Below are positions 51,221-63,107 of a stretch of DNA of 64,000 nt, one piece after another. The notes below the pieces were generated by a model, which was not told where the DNA came from, ran no database searches, and saw only the letters and a program-made list of their open reading frames with translations. Position numbers and translations under genes: made by a program. Source of the DNA: Candidatus Latescibacterota bacterium. GTDB lineage: Bacteria > Latescibacterota > UBA2968 > UBA8231. The DNA is taken from assembly GCA_965197905.1 (NCBI GenBank), contig CBDAOB010000005.1, positions 2,144,001 through 2,208,000 of the forward strand. Reading direction: 5' to 3'. Numbering within the stretch: the first letter of the stretch is position 1; the number at the start of each line of letters is the position of its first letter.

Positions 51221-51889
51221 CTAGAACGAGTCCGTACGTGGCATACCGTCGGGGGTTTCTTCATCGACCACCTCCCCATGGCAAATCCAAACCTTGACGC
51301 CGATCGTCCCGGACATGGTGTAGGCCGTGGCCATGGCATAGTCGATGTCGGCGCGCAGTGTGTGCAGCGGAACCCGCCCGGCCGGCTCAGATCGCTCTCG
51401 CCTGCCCATTTCCGCCCCGTTGATGCGTCCGGCACAAACGATGCGAATTCCCTCGGCCCCCATACGCATGGAAGAGGCTACAGCTTTCTTAACGGCGCGG
51501 CGAAACGCCACGCGTTGTTGCAACTGTCGCGCCAGATTGTCAGCCACAAGCTGGGCATCCAACTCGGGCTTTTTTATCTCCTGGATGTTGAGCGATACGT
51601 CTTTCCCCGTCAGTTCCTTCAACTCATCGCGCAGCTTGTCCACTTCCGCTCCGCGCCGGCCAATGGCTATCCCAGGCCTCGCGGTGTGTACCTCAACGGT
51701 CACGCGTTTCGGCTGCCGCTCAATGTTGATGCGTGAGACTCCCGCCCGTTGGAGGCGTTGCTGCACATATTTCCGCAGCATCATATCCTCCCGGAGTAAC
51801 TCCGAGAAATCCTTTTCAGCAAACCAGTTCGAACGCCAGCCTTTGATTACGCCGACCCTAAATCCGTATGGATGCGTTTTCTGTCCCAA
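51221..51889 (-). CDS. rpsC: 30S ribosomal protein S3
   Basis: [37 protein letters not shown]. Confidence 0.98.
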   Translation of the reverse strand: MGQKTHPYGFRVGVIKGWRSNWFAEKDFSELLREDMMLRKYVQQRLQRAGVSRINIERQPKRVTVEVHTARPGIAIGRRGAEVDKLRDELKELTGKDVSLNIQEIKKPELDAQLVADNLARQLQQRVAFRRAVKKAVASSMRMGAEGIRIVCAGRINGAEMGRRERSEPAGRVPLHTLRADIDYAMATAYTMSGTIGVKVWICHGEVVDEETPDGMPRTDSF

Positions 51890-51901
51890 CCCCTTCTCCG
51901 A

Positions 51902-52249
51902 TCAGTCTAGTTCGTCACTCACGATCATCGTGAGATGACTGTGGCCTTTTACGATGCGGTCGGCGGACCCTCTGGCCCTGGGCCGTATGCGTTTGAGATC
52001 TCGAGCTTTGTCCGCAAATACCGTTTTTACAAACAGCTCATCCGCATCAACGGGATTCTCGACTTCTCTGTTCAAGGCGTTCGCGATGGCAGAGCGAAGC
52101 GTCTTTTCGATCACCTTCGAAACCGGCCTAGTAGAAAACCGCAGGATATTGAGGGCTTCTCCCACCGGCTTGTTCCTGATCAAATCGATTATTTGCCGAA
52201 CCTTGGTCACCGGCACCCCGATATTGGATTGATGAGCTCTTGCTTCCAC
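51902..52249 (-). CDS. rplV: 50S ribosomal protein L22
   Basis: KVR...DLIR, SAIANA, LKR.RPRARG.A; position in the S10 operon. Confidence 0.95.
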   Translation of the reverse strand: MEARAHQSNIGVPVTKVRQIIDLIRNKPVGEALNILRFSTRPVSKVIEKTLRSAIANALNREVENPVDADELFVKTVFADKARDLKRIRPRARGSADRIVKGHSHLTMIVSDELD

Positions 52250-52261
52250 GCCTTCACCTAT

Positions 52262-52552
52262 CTATCTGCGAAGTCCCGTAGCGCGTTCGGTCAGCTTGCC
52301 CCCATGGCCCCTGAAAGTCCGCGTAGGTGAAAACTCACCCAACTTGTGACCGACCATGTTCTCCGAAATGTAGACCGGAATGAACTTGTTCCCGTTATGC
52401 ACAGCCAGCGTATGCCCGACGAAGTCGGGCGAAATCGTCGAGCGCCGCGACCAGGTCTTCAGCACTTTTTTCTCGCCCGTTCTGTTGAGCTCTTCGATCT
52501 TGACCGCAAGATGCTCGTCAATGAACGGGCCCTTCTTTACTGATCTTGGCAT
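52262..52552 (-). CDS. rpsS: 30S ribosomal protein S19
   Basis: [28 protein letters not shown]. Confidence 0.98.
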   Translation of the reverse strand: MPRSVKKGPFIDEHLAVKIEELNRTGEKKVLKTWSRRSTISPDFVGHTLAVHNGNKFIPVYISENMVGHKLGEFSPTRTFRGHGGKLTERATGLRR

Positions 52553-52558
52553 CCCTAC

Positions 52559-53389
52559 CTACTTGCTCTTACGGCGGCGAACAATCCAATCATCGGATTT
52601 TATTCCCCGCTTACGCGTTTTGTATCCCTTTGTCGGCTTCCCCCAGGGAGTTACCGGATGTCTTCCACCAGACGACTTGCCTTCCCCGCCGCCGTGGGGA
52701 TGATCCACCGGGTTCATTACGACTCCGCGCACCTTGGGTCGACGCCCCTTCCAGCGAGATCTTCCGGCCTTGCCCAGCACGATATTCTGATGCTCCAGGT
52801 TGCCCACCTGCCCGATAGTTGCGTAACACCGCGTCATCACTTCTCGTATCTCCCCAGAAGGCAGGCGCAACTGGGCCCGTTTCTCGTCGCGACCGAGCAA
52901 TTGAACCCCCGAGCCGGCGCTGCGCGCCATCTTTCCGCCACCCTGTGGATACAACTCTATATTGTGAACGATCGAACCCAGTGGAATCTTTTCGAGCGGG
53001 AGGGCGTTCCCCACCTGGATCGGCGCATCGGGACCCGACTGAACGACGTCGCCCTCGGCGAGGCCTTGGGGAGCCAGAATATATCGCTTCTCCCCATCGG
53101 CATACGTCACTAACGCGATGAAGGCCGACCTGTTGGGATCGTACTCGATTGAGGTTACTTTACCTGGAATTCCCAGCTTGTCGCGCCGGAAATCGATCAT
53201 CCGATAGCGGCGCTTGTGTCCCCCACCCCGCCTTCGCATTGTCATTCGACCCTGGTTATTTCGTCCGCCCGACTTGGTCAAGGGGGCCAGCAGCGACTTT
53301 TCCGGCGCCTGCTTGCTCACACCCTCAAAGGAGTTTACGGTCTTGAACCGTTGGGTCGGGGTAGTCGGTCTGAATTTCTTTACAGCCAT
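52559..53389 (-). CDS. rplB: 50S ribosomal protein L2
   Basis: [29 protein letters not shown]. Confidence 0.98.
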   Translation of the reverse strand: MAVKKFRPTTPTQRFKTVNSFEGVSKQAPEKSLLAPLTKSGGRNNQGRMTMRRRGGGHKRRYRMIDFRRDKLGIPGKVTSIEYDPNRSAFIALVTYADGEKRYILAPQGLAEGDVVQSGPDAPIQVGNALPLEKIPLGSIVHNIELYPQGGGKMARSAGSGVQLLGRDEKRAQLRLPSGEIREVMTRCYATIGQVGNLEHQNIVLGKAGRSRWKGRRPKVRGVVMNPVDHPHGGGEGKSSGGRHPVTPWGKPTKGYKTRKRGIKSDDWIVRRRKSK

Positions 53390-53408
53390 ATCGTCCTATC
53401 GCCCGCGG

Positions 53409-53696
53409 TTAGGCGCTTTCCAACACATCAATGGTTTCGCCCTCTTTCAAGGTAACGTACGCCTTTTTCCAGGCGGCCGTCCGTCCCGTAAATGCGCCCT
53501 GCCGCTTCGGTTTTGGCGGCACTGAAACAGTGCGAACGGATTCGACCTTCACCCTGAAGACCGATTCCACAGCCTGGCGAATCTGAATCTTGTTTGCCCG
53601 CCGATCCACCTTGAAAGCGTACTGGTTGCTTTCGCGGAGTATGGTGGCTTTCTCCGTGATAACCGGCCGATGAAGCACTGATCGCGGACTATTCAT
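53409..53696 (-). CDS. rplW: 50S ribosomal protein L23
   Basis: PVITEKA, ANK.QI..AVE..F.VKV, WKKAYVTL. Confidence 0.97.
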   Translation of the reverse strand: MNSPRSVLHRPVITEKATILRESNQYAFKVDRRANKIQIRQAVESVFRVKVESVRTVSVPPKPKRQGAFTGRTAAWKKAYVTLKEGETIDVLESA

Positions 53697-54333
53697 TTGA
53701 GATCGAGCCGTGCAGTTCGCTCAATTTTTCGACTGCCTGACGCGTGAACAGAACTACGTCCGCCGCCATGATATCATGAGTGCACAAGGTAGTAACCGGT
53801 TGAATCTCCACGGAGCGAATATTTCTACACGACTTGTGCAAGATACCGTCGCTGTCTGGAGTGACAAACAGAACCTTCGAAGCATCTAGCCCGCAGGCGG
53901 TGATAATAGCATGGAACGACTTCGTGCTCGGCTCCTCGAACCGAAAGTCTTCTACGACATGGACATCTCTGGTCCTGCCTTTGAGCGTCAACGCCGAGCG
54001 AAATGCCAGACGCCGTAGCGTCCGCGGTACTTTCAGCGAGTAATTCCGCGGTTTCGGCCCGAAGGCAACTCCACCACCTCTCACGATAGGTGAACGCAGC
54101 GAACCCCTGCGGGCAATCCCGATCCCTTTCTGACGATGCCGTTTTTTGCTTGTCCGTGCGATTTCAGAGCGCGTTTTGGTCGAAGCGTTCCCCTGACGTT
54201 GATTCGTCTCGTACGCTACAAGCGCACGATACAGGGCATAGTCGGATACCCGGGCCTCGAACAAGGGCTCGGGCAGTTGCACCTCACCGCTGGGCTTGCC
54301 CGATTCGCTCTTAACTTCGACTGAAATTGCCAT
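53689..54333 (-). CDS. rplD: 50S ribosomal protein L4
   Basis: RQG.ASTKTRSE, RQKG.G.AR.GS.RSP..RGGG..FGPKPR. Confidence 0.96.
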   Translation of the reverse strand: MAISVEVKSESGKPSGEVQLPEPLFEARVSDYALYRALVAYETNQRQGNASTKTRSEIARTSKKRHRQKGIGIARRGSLRSPIVRGGGVAFGPKPRNYSLKVPRTLRRLAFRSALTLKGRTRDVHVVEDFRFEEPSTKSFHAIITACGLDASKVLFVTPDSDGILHKSCRNIRSVEIQPVTTLCTHDIMAADVVLFTRQAVEKLSELHGSISNE

Positions 54334-54344
54334 GCTACCCTAGG

Positions 54345-54653
54345 TCAGACCTTGATATCGATTCCAATGCCAGCGGGAAGATCCAGCTTCATAAGTGCGT
54401 CGACTGTCTGGGGAGTCGAGTCGTAGATGTCGATGAGGCGCTTGTGCACCCGTGTCTCGAACTGCTCTCTCGACTTCTTGTCGACGTGGGGTGAACGAAG
54501 GACCGTATAGATGGTGCGATCCGTTGGCAACGGAACTGGACCGGCGATCCGTGCCCCGCTTCTCTTGACGGTTTGCACGATCTCGTCGACAGACTTATCT
54601 AGCGCAGCGTGATCATACGCTTTGAGACGGATTCGAATTCTGTCGACTGCCAC
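54345..54653 (-). CDS. rpsJ: 30S ribosomal protein S10
   Basis: [31 protein letters not shown]. Confidence 0.98.
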   Translation of the reverse strand: MAVDRIRIRLKAYDHAALDKSVDEIVQTVKRSGARIAGPVPLPTDRTIYTVLRSPHVDKKSREQFETRVHKRLIDIYDSTPQTVDALMKLDLPAGIGIDIKV

Positions 54654-54679
54654 TAACTCTTCTCCTAAGTAGACCGGTC

Positions 54680-55870
54680 TTATTCGACCACTTCGGTAAC
54701 AACGCCGGAACCGATCGTGCGGCCACCTTCGCGAATGGCGAACTTCAGCGTCTCCTCGATCGCGATTGGCTGAATCAACTCGACGTTCATGTTGACATTG
54801 TCGCCAGGCATCACCATCTCTGTTCCTTCTGGCAGCTCAATGGAGCCTGTAACATCGGTAGTCCGGAAGAAAAACTGCGGTCGATATCCGGTGAAGAAGG
54901 GTTTCTCACGGCCCCCTTCCTTGCTGGTCAAAACGTATACTTCGGCTTTGAATTTTGTGTGCGGAGTAATGGTTCCCGGATGGCACACAACCATGCCGCG
55001 GAGGAGCTCGTCTTTCTCGACGCCGCGTAGAAGCAGCCCGACGTTATCGCCGGCTTCCCCCTCATCCAGAAGCTTGCGAAACATCTCGACGCCGGTACAG
55101 ACGGTTTTCCGGGTGTCGCGGATTCCGACGATCTCGACATCTTCCCCGGTCTTTACGATTCCCCGCTCGATGCGGCCGGTGCCAACGGTTCCGCGCCCAG
55201 TAATACTGAATACATCTTCTACCGGCATCAGGAAGGGTTGATCTACCGGACGCGTGGGCATTGGAATGAACTCATCGACCGCCGCAACAAGACTGTCAAT
55301 CGATTGTGTTCCTGTCTCGCCTGCGTCTCCTTCGAGAGCTTTGAGGGCAGAGCCGCGGATTACCGGCGCATCGTCGCCTGGAAAATCGTATTCCGAAAGC
55401 AGTTCACGGGTCTCGAGCTCGACCAGGTCGAGAAGCTCTTCGTCATCCACCATATCTACCTTGTTCATATAGACAACGATCTGCGGGACGTTGACCTGAC
55501 GCGCCAGCAGAATGTGCTCGCGAGTCTGGATCATGGGACCGTCTGCAGCACTCACCACCAGGATCGCTCCGTCCATCTGGGCGGCACCCGTGATCATGTT
55601 CTTGATGTAGTCCGCGTGGCCAGGACAATCGACGTGGGCGTAATGGCGATTCTCGGTCTCATACTCCTGGTGAGAGACGTTGATCGTCACTCCGCGGGCT
55701 TTTTCCTCGGGCGCGTTGTCGATATCGTCGACACCTTTGGCTTCGGCCAGACCCTTGCTAGCCAAGTGCAGCGTAATGGCCGCCGTCAAGGTGGTCTTTC
55801 CGTGGTCCACGTGACCGATGGTTCCGATGTTCACGTGGGGTTTGTTGCGCTCGAATTTCTCCTTGGCCAT
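54680..55870 (-). CDS. tuf: Elongation factor Tu
   Basis: [29 protein letters not shown]. Confidence 0.98.
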   Translation of the reverse strand: MAKEKFERNKPHVNIGTIGHVDHGKTTLTAAITLHLASKGLAEAKGVDDIDNAPEEKARGVTINVSHQEYETENRHYAHVDCPGHADYIKNMITGAAQMDGAILVVSAADGPMIQTREHILLARQVNVPQIVVYMNKVDMVDDEELLDLVELETRELLSEYDFPGDDAPVIRGSALKALEGDAGETGTQSIDSLVAAVDEFIPMPTRPVDQPFLMPVEDVFSITGRGTVGTGRIERGIVKTGEDVEIVGIRDTRKTVCTGVEMFRKLLDEGEAGDNVGLLLRGVEKDELLRGMVVCHPGTITPHTKFKAEVYVLTSKEGGREKPFFTGYRPQFFFRTTDVTGSIELPEGTEMVMPGDNVNMNVELIQPIAIEETLKFAIREGGRTIGSGVVTEVVE

Positions 55871-55894
55871 CTCTCTACTCTCTCCTTATGTGGG

Positions 55895-58000
55895 TCACGC
55901 CGAACCGTCGGTGCCAGTCTTGTTTCCGTATGTGTTGGTGACGATCTCTTCCGTAATCTGCTGAGGCACTGCCAGGTATTTGGCAAACTGCAGCGTAAAT
56001 ACGCCCCTTCCCTGAGTAAGAGAGCGGAGGCGCGTAGCATACCCAAAGGTTTCCGCCAGAGGGACCAGAGCGGTTATCACCTGGGCATCCGACCTGTGAT
56101 TGACACCCTGAACGTTTCCACGATGGGCATTGATATCTCCTATGACATCGCCCATGTATTGCTCCGGCACCACGACCTCGAGTTCCATCACTGGCTCTAC
56201 TAGATACGGCGCCGAACGTCGCGCCCCATCCTTGAAGGCCATGGAGCCTGCCACCTTAAATGCCACCTCCGAGGAATCCACCTCGTGGTAGGAACCATCC
56301 ACCAGGGTAACCTTGACATCTTCGATGGGAAACCCGGCGACCGGACCTGAGGACATCGCCTCGCGAATACCTTCCCGCACCGGCGAAATGTACTCACGTG
56401 GGATATTGCCCCCCACGATCTTCGATTCAAACACCAGGCCAGTTCCGGCTTCGCCCGGTTCCATTTCGATTTCCACATGGCCGAACTGTCCGCGTCCGCC
56501 GGACTGGCGCACGAATCGTCCGGTAGCGGCGACAGGTTTCGCCAACGCCTCCTTATAAGCCACCTGCGGCCGTCCCACGTTCGCCTCGACATTGAACTCC
56601 CGAATCATGCGATCGATCAATATCTCGAGGTGCAACTCGCCCATTCCAGACATAATGGTCTGACCCGTGTCATCGTCGATTCGCACTTTGAAAGTCGGAT
56701 CCTCTTCGCTGAGCTTCTCCAGCGCAACGTGCAAATGCTCCTGGTCAGCCCGGGTCTTGGGCTCGATCGCAATGTGAATGACGGGATCGGCAAAATCGAT
56801 CTTTTCGAGAATGACCGGGGCTTGTTCCTGACACAAGGTGTCTCCGGTCGTAGTACCTTTAAGCCCTACAACGGCAACGATATCGCCGGCGTACACTTCC
56901 TTGCGCTCGGTGCGGTCATTGGCATGCATCTCGAGGATTCTTGAGATGCGTTCACGCCGCTCCGTAGTAGCGTTGAAGACGTATGAACCTGCCATCAGCG
57001 TCCCGGAGTAAATCCGCACGAAACTCAACCGACCCACAAACGGATCCGTCATTATCTTGAATGCTAGCGCGGCGAGGGGCTCTTCATCGCTCGCTTGCCG
57101 TGTTACCTCTTCTTCGGAATCGGGTAGGGTTCCCGTGATCTGCGGTACATCCGCCGGCGAGGGCAGGTACTTCACGACAGCGTCCAGAAGGCGTTGCACA
57201 CCTTTGTGTCTGAAGGCACTTCCGCAAACAACAGGAACAGCCTTGAGGGCGATCGTCGCCTCGCGCAAAGCAGCTTCTATCTCCTCTGATCCGATTTCCC
57301 TGCCTTCGAGAAACTTTTCCAGCAAGCCGTCGTCGAATTCCGCGACGGCCTCCAGGAGCTTCTCCCGGTAGGTCATGGCTTTTTCAACGAGGTCATCTGG
57401 AATGTCGTCGACGAAGAATTTTACGCCGTGGCTTCCCTCTTCGTAGGTCACCGCCTTCATATCGATAAGATCGATTAAGCCAGTAAACGTTTCACCCGTG
57501 CCAATAGGCAGCTGAACAGGTACAAAATTGCTGCCCAGGCGATTGCTAAGCATATCGAGAACGTTGTAGAAATCGGCGCCGTTTCGATCCATCTTGTTGA
57601 CAAAGGCGATCCGGGGAACGTTATAACGATCGGCTTGCCGCCACACGGTCTCGGACTGCGGCTCTACTCCGCCAACGGCACAAAAAACCCCTACGGCTCC
57701 GTCTAGGACCCGCAGGGATCGTTCGACCTCGGCCGTAAAATCTACGTGGCCGGGGGTGTCGATAATATTGATTCGGTGCCCATCCCAAAGGCAGGTGGTG
57801 GCAGCCGAGGTAATGGTGATGCCACGCTCGCGCTCCTGATCCATCCAGTCCATCGTGGTGTTGCCTTCGTGGACTTCACCCATTCGGTGTAAACGTCCTG
57901 TGTAGAACAGGATGCGCTCCGTCGTCGTGGTTTTGCCCGCATCGATATGAGCGGCGATGCCGATATTGCGGGTGGTGTCTATGTCGTACTCGCGAGCCAT
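55895..58000 (-). CDS. fusA: Elongation factor G
   Basis: [30 protein letters not shown]. Confidence 0.98.
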   Translation of the reverse strand: MAREYDIDTTRNIGIAAHIDAGKTTTTERILFYTGRLHRMGEVHEGNTTMDWMDQERERGITITSAATTCLWDGHRINIIDTPGHVDFTAEVERSLRVLDGAVGVFCAVGGVEPQSETVWRQADRYNVPRIAFVNKMDRNGADFYNVLDMLSNRLGSNFVPVQLPIGTGETFTGLIDLIDMKAVTYEEGSHGVKFFVDDIPDDLVEKAMTYREKLLEAVAEFDDGLLEKFLEGREIGSEEIEAALREATIALKAVPVVCGSAFRHKGVQRLLDAVVKYLPSPADVPQITGTLPDSEEEVTRQASDEEPLAALAFKIMTDPFVGRLSFVRIYSGTLMAGSYVFNATTERRERISRILEMHANDRTERKEVYAGDIVAVVGLKGTTTGDTLCQEQAPVILEKIDFADPVIHIAIEPKTRADQEHLHVALEKLSEEDPTFKVRIDDDTGQTIMSGMGELHLEILIDRMIREFNVEANVGRPQVAYKEALAKPVAATGRFVRQSGGRGQFGHVEIEMEPGEAGTGLVFESKIVGGNIPREYISPVREGIREAMSSGPVAGFPIEDVKVTLVDGSYHEVDSSEVAFKVAGSMAFKDGARRSAPYLVEPVMELEVVVPEQYMGDVIGDINAHRGNVQGVNHRSDAQVITALVPLAETFGYATRLRSLTQGRGVFTLQFAKYLAVPQQITEEIVTNTYGNKTGTDGSA

Positions 58001-58015
58001 CTCAACAAGTCTTCG

Positions 58016-58486
58016 TTAGAATCTGAAATGCGCAAACGCCTTGTTTGCATCGGCCATTCGGTGAACATCTTCCCGTTGGCGCACGGCGCCACCCTCACCC
58101 CTTGAGGCGGCCATAAACTCGTTGGCGAGGCGCTCGGCCATAGTGCGCTCCGCCCGCTCGCTGGCAAATCGGATCAACCAGCGAATCGAACGAGCTGTTC
58201 TTTCTTCCGGTCTCACTTCGATGGGAATCTGATACGTCTGCCCCCCCACCCTTCGCGAACGAACCATGATCATGGGTTTGGCATTTTCCACGGCCTTCTG
58301 GAAAACTTCGATGCCATCCTGGTCAGACTTGCTGTTTACAATGTCTATGGCAACGTAGAAGATCTTCTCCGCCACGCTCTTCTTGCCCTTTTTTATGAGG
58401 CTGTTGATGAACCTCGACACCAGCACGTTGGCAAACTTGGGATCGGGAAGAATCTGTCTTTTGACCGCTTTTCTTCTACGGGACAT
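58016..58486 (-). CDS. rpsG: 30S ribosomal protein S7
   Basis: PDPKF, GKKS.AE, RRVGG.TYQ.P, MA.ANKAFAHF. Confidence 0.98.
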   Translation of the reverse strand: MSRRRKAVKRQILPDPKFANVLVSRFINSLIKKGKKSVAEKIFYVAIDIVNSKSDQDGIEVFQKAVENAKPMIMVRSRRVGGQTYQIPIEVRPEERTARSIRWLIRFASERAERTMAERLANEFMAASRGEGGAVRQREDVHRMADANKAFAHFRF

Positions 58487-58528
58487 AGGCTATTCGATAA
58501 CCTCGGATTTGCATATTCTGTAGCTCAT

Positions 58529-58906
58529 TTAAGACTTGTCGGGCTTGCGGGTCCCGTACTTCGAGCGACTCTGCCGGCGCTCGTCGACTCCGCTGGCATC
58601 GAGAACCCCGCGAATTATATGGTAGCGCACGCCGGGACAATCCTTCACACGGCCTCCGCGCACGAGCACGATCGAGTGCTCCTGGAGATTGTTTCCCTCT
58701 CCCGGTATGTACGCCGTAACCTCGGTTCCTGTCGTCAGTCGAACACGGGCCATTTTGCGCAACGCCGAGTTCGGTTTTTTTGGCGTAGAAGTGTAGACGC
58801 GCGTGCAGACACCGCGCCGTTGCGGGCACTTGTCGAGCGCCGGCGCGTCTTTCTTCTTGTAAATCTTCTTCCGCCCCTTGCGAATCAGTTGGCTAATGGT
58901 CGGCAA
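58529..58906 (-). CDS. rpsL: 30S ribosomal protein S12
   Basis: [32 protein letters not shown]. Confidence 0.98.
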   Translation of the reverse strand: MPTISQLIRKGRKKIYKKKDAPALDKCPQRRGVCTRVYTSTPKKPNSALRKMARVRLTTGTEVTAYIPGEGNNLQEHSIVLVRGGRVKDCPGVRYHIIRGVLDASGVDERRQSRSKYGTRKPDKS

Positions 58907-58951
58907 GAATAAATTTCACTCCTGAATACGCGTAAAAATGGCAAACTTAAA

Positions 58952-58980
58952 AAGTTAAGGCCCGGTATTATATATGTCAA
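58952..58980 (-). promoter_or_regulatory. Sigma70-type promoter for the str (rpsL) operon
   Basis: Minus strand TTGACA-17 nt-TAACTT in the AT-rich rpoC-rpsL spacer. Confidence 0.6.
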
Positions 58981-58987
58981 TACAGTG

Positions 58988-61900
58988 TTACTGTTCCAAT
59001 GTTCCGGCGCCGATTTCCTCAAGATGTTTGGTACCGTCGCCATTCGAACCTTCCCCATTGTCCCCCGAATCGTCGTAAGTGACCGTCCGGTAGAGCTGGC
59101 TTCCAGTCCCAGCGGGGATCAAACGGCCAATGATTACATTCTCCTTCAAACCGCGCAGGTGGTCGATTTTGCCCTGCACCGCCGCTTCGGTCAGGACCCG
59201 TGTGGTCTCCTGAAAAGAGGCTGCGGATATGAAGCTGTCGGTCCGTAGCGATGCCCGCGTAATCCCGAGAAGGATCGGTTGACACGTGGAGGGATCTCCA
59301 CCCTCCATGAGCACCTTCTGGTTTTCTTTGTTGAAGCGAATCTTATCCACCTCCTCCCCTTCCAGGAAGTTGGTATCTCCGGGATCCATAACCCGGACCT
59401 TCTGCAACATCTGCTTGACGATCACCTCGATGTGTTTGTCGTTGATTTCGACGGCCTGGAGTCGGTAGACATCCTGGATCTCGTTGACCAGGTACTCCTG
59501 AACCTTGTTCACTCCTTGAACCCGAAGGATGTCGTGAGGGTTCACCGACCCCTCGGAAAGGCGCTCACCGGCGAATACCCGGTCGCCATCGTGGACTCGC
59601 AGATGTTTTCCGTATGGCACCAGATACTTGCGTTCCTCACCGTCTTCACCCGTCACGATCAACTCGCGGTTGCCGCGTACCAGGCCACCCAGCCGAACCG
59701 TGCCATCTATCTCGGAGATCACTGCAGGTTCTTTGGGACGGCGAGCTTCGAAGAGCTCGGCGACCCGAGGCAGTCCGCCAGTGATGTCGCGGGTCTTGGC
59801 GCGCTCGCGAGGTATCTTCACCAGCACCTGGCCTGGGGGAATTTCGGTCTTGTCGTTGACCAGGAGTCGCGCGCCCACCGGAATAATGTAGGTGCGCTTG
59901 CCCAGATTCTTGCTGTCCACTTCGATCTGGGGGCTCAAAGAGCGGTCACGTTGCTCGACGATACTCCGGGCACTCATGCCCGTCGTTTCATCGAACTCCT
60001 CCCGCATCGTCACTCCCTCTTCGATGTCGACGAATTTCACCTTTCCAGGGCGGTCGCTGATTATGACGATGTTGTAAGGGTCCCATTCGTAGAGAACCTG
60101 TGTGGGATCCACTTCATGGTCGGCCTCCACTTTAAGGTGGGCACCGTACGGTACGTTTACGCGCGAACGCACCCGATTCTGCTCATCCAGAAGCTCAATT
60201 TCACCATTGCGGCCGACGACAGTCTTTCCAAGATCCGGATGGTCGACCGTATTTACGTTGACCAGATTTACGGTGCCCTGACGGCGGGCCATGATTTGGG
60301 ACTGCTCGGCGATGCGGCTGGCTGTGCCACCGATGTGGAAAGTGCGCAAAGTCAACTGCGTGCCCGGCTCCCCGATGCTCTGAGCCGCGATGACGCCCGT
60401 GGCCTCACCCACATTGACCGGTTTTCCAGTGGCGAGATTTCTTCCGTAACACTGGATGCAGACGCCACGCTCCGATTCGCAGGTCAGCACGGACCGGATG
60501 AGCACCTGCTCCAAGCCGGCCTGGGCAATCTTGTTGGCATCCTCCTCTTCGAGCAATGTGCCGTTCACGACCACGACGTTGCCATCAGCGTCGACGGCAT
60601 CTTCCAGAATGACACGCCCCACAATGCGGTCGGCCAACGGTTCGACGATCTCTTCACCATCCTTGAGAGCGCCGATCCACAAACCTTGGACGGTTCCACA
60701 ATCGCCCTCGCTGATGACCACGTCCTGCGCCACATCGACCATTCTCCGAGTCAGATAACCCGCCTCGGCGGTCTTGAGCGCTGTGTCCGCCAGCCCCTTC
60801 CGGGCTCCGTGGGTGGAAATGAAATACTCCAGAACCGACAGGCCCTCTTTGAAGGACGCGATGATCGGTGTCTCTATGATTTCGCCGACGGCTCCGGTCA
60901 GCTTCTTCTGCGGTTTGTTCATCAGCCCGCGCATGCCCCCGAGCTGTTTTATCTGATCCTCGTTGCCACGGGCGCCTGAGTCTTCCATGATGAACACGGA
61001 GTTGAAACCTTCCTCCGCCTCTTCAAGCGTCCGCTGCGTAGCCCGCGACACTGCAGAGGTCGCGTGGGTCCAGATGTCGATGATCTTGTTATAGCGTTCG
61101 CCATCGGTGATGATTCCATTGGCGTACTGGTCGCCTACCTTCTCCACCTCGGTCAACGCTTCGTTGATCAGCTTGTCTTTATCAGTGGGCACCACGACAT
61201 CATCTATGGATATGGTGATGCCGGCCATCGTCGCACTTTGGTAACCCAGCTTCTTGAGTTGATCCACAAACTCTGCCGTTCGCCGGTTCCCCAGATGGCG
61301 GTGGACCTGGGACGTGATCTGCTTGATGTCGCTCTTGGCCACCGCTCGATTGATAAAACCGATCTCTTCGGGCAATACCTCATTGAAGATGAGACGTCCG
61401 ACTGTCGTGTCGATGATTTCACCATCGATGCGAACCTTGATCGGCTGGTGCAGCTTTAGGCGATCGGTTTCATACGCGATGCGAGCTTCCACAGCATTGG
61501 CAAATGTTCGCTCCGAATTCTCAACATCGCTGAACCGCACCTTGGTCAGGAAATTGCTTCCCAGGACGATGTCCTGCGGACTGTCCATCAACACGGGCTC
61601 GCCATCGGCCGGTTTGAGAATATTGTTTGAGGCAAGCATCAGCAGACGGGCTTCGATCTGGGCCTCAAAAGAGAGAGGAACGTGGACCGCCATTTGATCG
61701 CCGTCGAAGTCGGCGTTGAACGCGGCGCACACGAGTGGATGAAGGCGGATCGCCTTCCCCTCAACCAGAATCGGCTGGAACGCCTGAATGCCCAGGCGGT
61801 GTAATGTGGGAGCACGGTTCAGGAGCACGCAGTGATCCTGGATGATCTCTTCCAGAATGTCCCATACCTCGGGACGTTCTCGCTCCACAAGCTTCTTGGC

Positions 61901-63076
61901 ACTCTTAACCGTCTGCACCATGCCCTTCTCTTCAAGCTTCTTGATTACGAAAGGCTTGAACAGTTCCAGGGCCATGCTCTTAGGGAGACCGCATTGGTGC
62001 AGCTTGAGTTCGGGTCCCACGACGATGACGGAACGTCCTGAGTAATCGACCCGCTTGCCCAGCAGGTTCTGCCTGAAACGTCCCTGTTTTCCTTTGAGCA
62101 GATCGCTCAGCGATTTCAGGGATCGGTTGCCATCGCCACGGACCGCCCGTGATCGACGGCCGTTGTCGAACAGGGCATCAACTGCCTCCTGCAACATGCG
62201 TTTTTCGTTTCGCAGGATGACTTCCGGCGCTTTTATGCTGATCAGCTTTTTCAAACGGTTGTTCCGGTTGATCACGCGACGATACAGATCGTTCAGATCG
62301 GAAGTGGCGAATCGCCCGCCCTCCAACGGCACCAACGGTCGCAGGTCGGGCGGAATCACTGGAATGTTGTCAAGGATCATCCATTCCGGGCTGTTTTCCG
62401 ATTGGCGGAACGCCTCGACGACCTTCAGGCGTTTGAGGGCTTCCTGCTTGCGCTGAATGGAGGTCTCCATTCGGACCTGTGTCCGTAGTTCCGCGGACAA
62501 CTCCTCGATATCAATGGAGGCCAGCAAATGTTTGACCCCCAACGCTCCCATATCGACCTCCGGATCGAAACCTTGCTCCCGAAGCTCCATCAACTCTTCT
62601 TCGGTAAGCAGGCTGAGACGTTCAATCGGGGCATCTCGCGGATCGACCACGACGTAGGATTCGTAATAGAGAATACGCTCGAGGTTCCGCATGGAGATGT
62701 CGAGCAAAGCCCCTATTCTGGAGGGCAGCGACTTGAAATACCAAATGTGGGATACGGACACGGCAAGCTCGATGTGGCCTAGGCGTTCGCGCCGCACCTT
62801 GGCCTGTGTGACCTCTACACCACATCGATCACACACCACGCCACGGTACCTGATCCCCTTGTATTTGCCACAATGGCAGGTCCAGTCTTTGACTGGACCG
62901 AAGATTCGTTCGCAGAAAAGGCCGTCGCGTTCCGGTTTGAAAGATCGGTAATTTATCGTTTCCGGCTTCGTCACCTCTCCATGTGACCAGGCCCGAATGG
63001 TATCGGGAGACGCAAGTTGAATGCGAATGGAATCGAAATCAACCGCTTTTCTCGAAAGCATTGAACTTTCTAACAA
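58988..63076 (-). CDS. rpoC: RNA polymerase beta' subunit
   Basis: [20 protein letters not shown] catalytic motif, [20 protein letters not shown]. Confidence 0.99.
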   Translation of the reverse strand: MLESSMLSRKAVDFDSIRIQLASPDTIRAWSHGEVTKPETINYRSFKPERDGLFCERIFGPVKDWTCHCGKYKGIRYRGVVCDRCGVEVTQAKVRRERLGHIELAVSVSHIWYFKSLPSRIGALLDISMRNLERILYYESYVVVDPRDAPIERLSLLTEEELMELREQGFDPEVDMGALGVKHLLASIDIEELSAELRTQVRMETSIQRKQEALKRLKVVEAFRQSENSPEWMILDNIPVIPPDLRPLVPLEGGRFATSDLNDLYRRVINRNNRLKKLISIKAPEVILRNEKRMLQEAVDALFDNGRRSRAVRGDGNRSLKSLSDLLKGKQGRFRQNLLGKRVDYSGRSVIVVGPELKLHQCGLPKSMALELFKPFVIKKLEEKGMVQTVKSAKKLVERERPEVWDILEEIIQDHCVLLNRAPTLHRLGIQAFQPILVEGKAIRLHPLVCAAFNADFDGDQMAVHVPLSFEAQIEARLLMLASNNILKPADGEPVLMDSPQDIVLGSNFLTKVRFSDVENSERTFANAVEARIAYETDRLKLHQPIKVRIDGEIIDTTVGRLIFNEVLPEEIGFINRAVAKSDIKQITSQVHRHLGNRRTAEFVDQLKKLGYQSATMAGITISIDDVVVPTDKDKLINEALTEVEKVGDQYANGIITDGERYNKIIDIWTHATSAVSRATQRTLEEAEEGFNSVFIMEDSGARGNEDQIKQLGGMRGLMNKPQKKLTGAVGEIIETPIIASFKEGLSVLEYFISTHGARKGLADTALKTAEAGYLTRRMVDVAQDVVISEGDCGTVQGLWIGALKDGEEIVEPLADRIVGRVILEDAVDADGNVVVVNGTLLEEEDANKIAQAGLEQVLIRSVLTCESERGVCIQCYGRNLATGKPVNVGEATGVIAAQSIGEPGTQLTLRTFHIGGTASRIAEQSQIMARRQGTVNLVNVNTVDHPDLGKTVVGRNGEIELLDEQNRVRSRVNVPYGAHLKVEADHEVDPTQVLYEWDPYNIVIISDRPGKVKFVDIEEGVTMREEFDETTGMSARSIVEQRDRSLSPQIEVDSKNLGKRTYIIPVGARLLVNDKTEIPPGQVLVKIPRERAKTRDITGGLPRVAELFEARRPKEPAVISEIDGTVRLGGLVRGNRELIVTGEDGEERKYLVPYGKHLRVHDGDRVFAGERLSEGSVNPHDILRVQGVNKVQEYLVNEIQDVYRLQAVEINDKHIEVIVKQMLQKVRVMDPGDTNFLEGEEVDKIRFNKENQKVLMEGGDPSTCQPILLGITRASLRTDSFISAASFQETTRVLTEAAVQGKIDHLRGLKENVIIGRLIPAGTGSQLYRTVTYDDSGDNGEGSNGDGTKHLEEIGAGTLEQ

Positions 63077-63107
63077 GGCAACCCCCCTTTGGTGAGTATC
63101 TCGGTCC

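Noticed and set aside
59279..60979. 566-aa plus-strand ORF and similar long antisense ORFs (7816..8988, 20207..21202, 55238..56203)
   Set aside because: Opposite well-conserved genes in GC-rich DNA, with no recognisable motifs.
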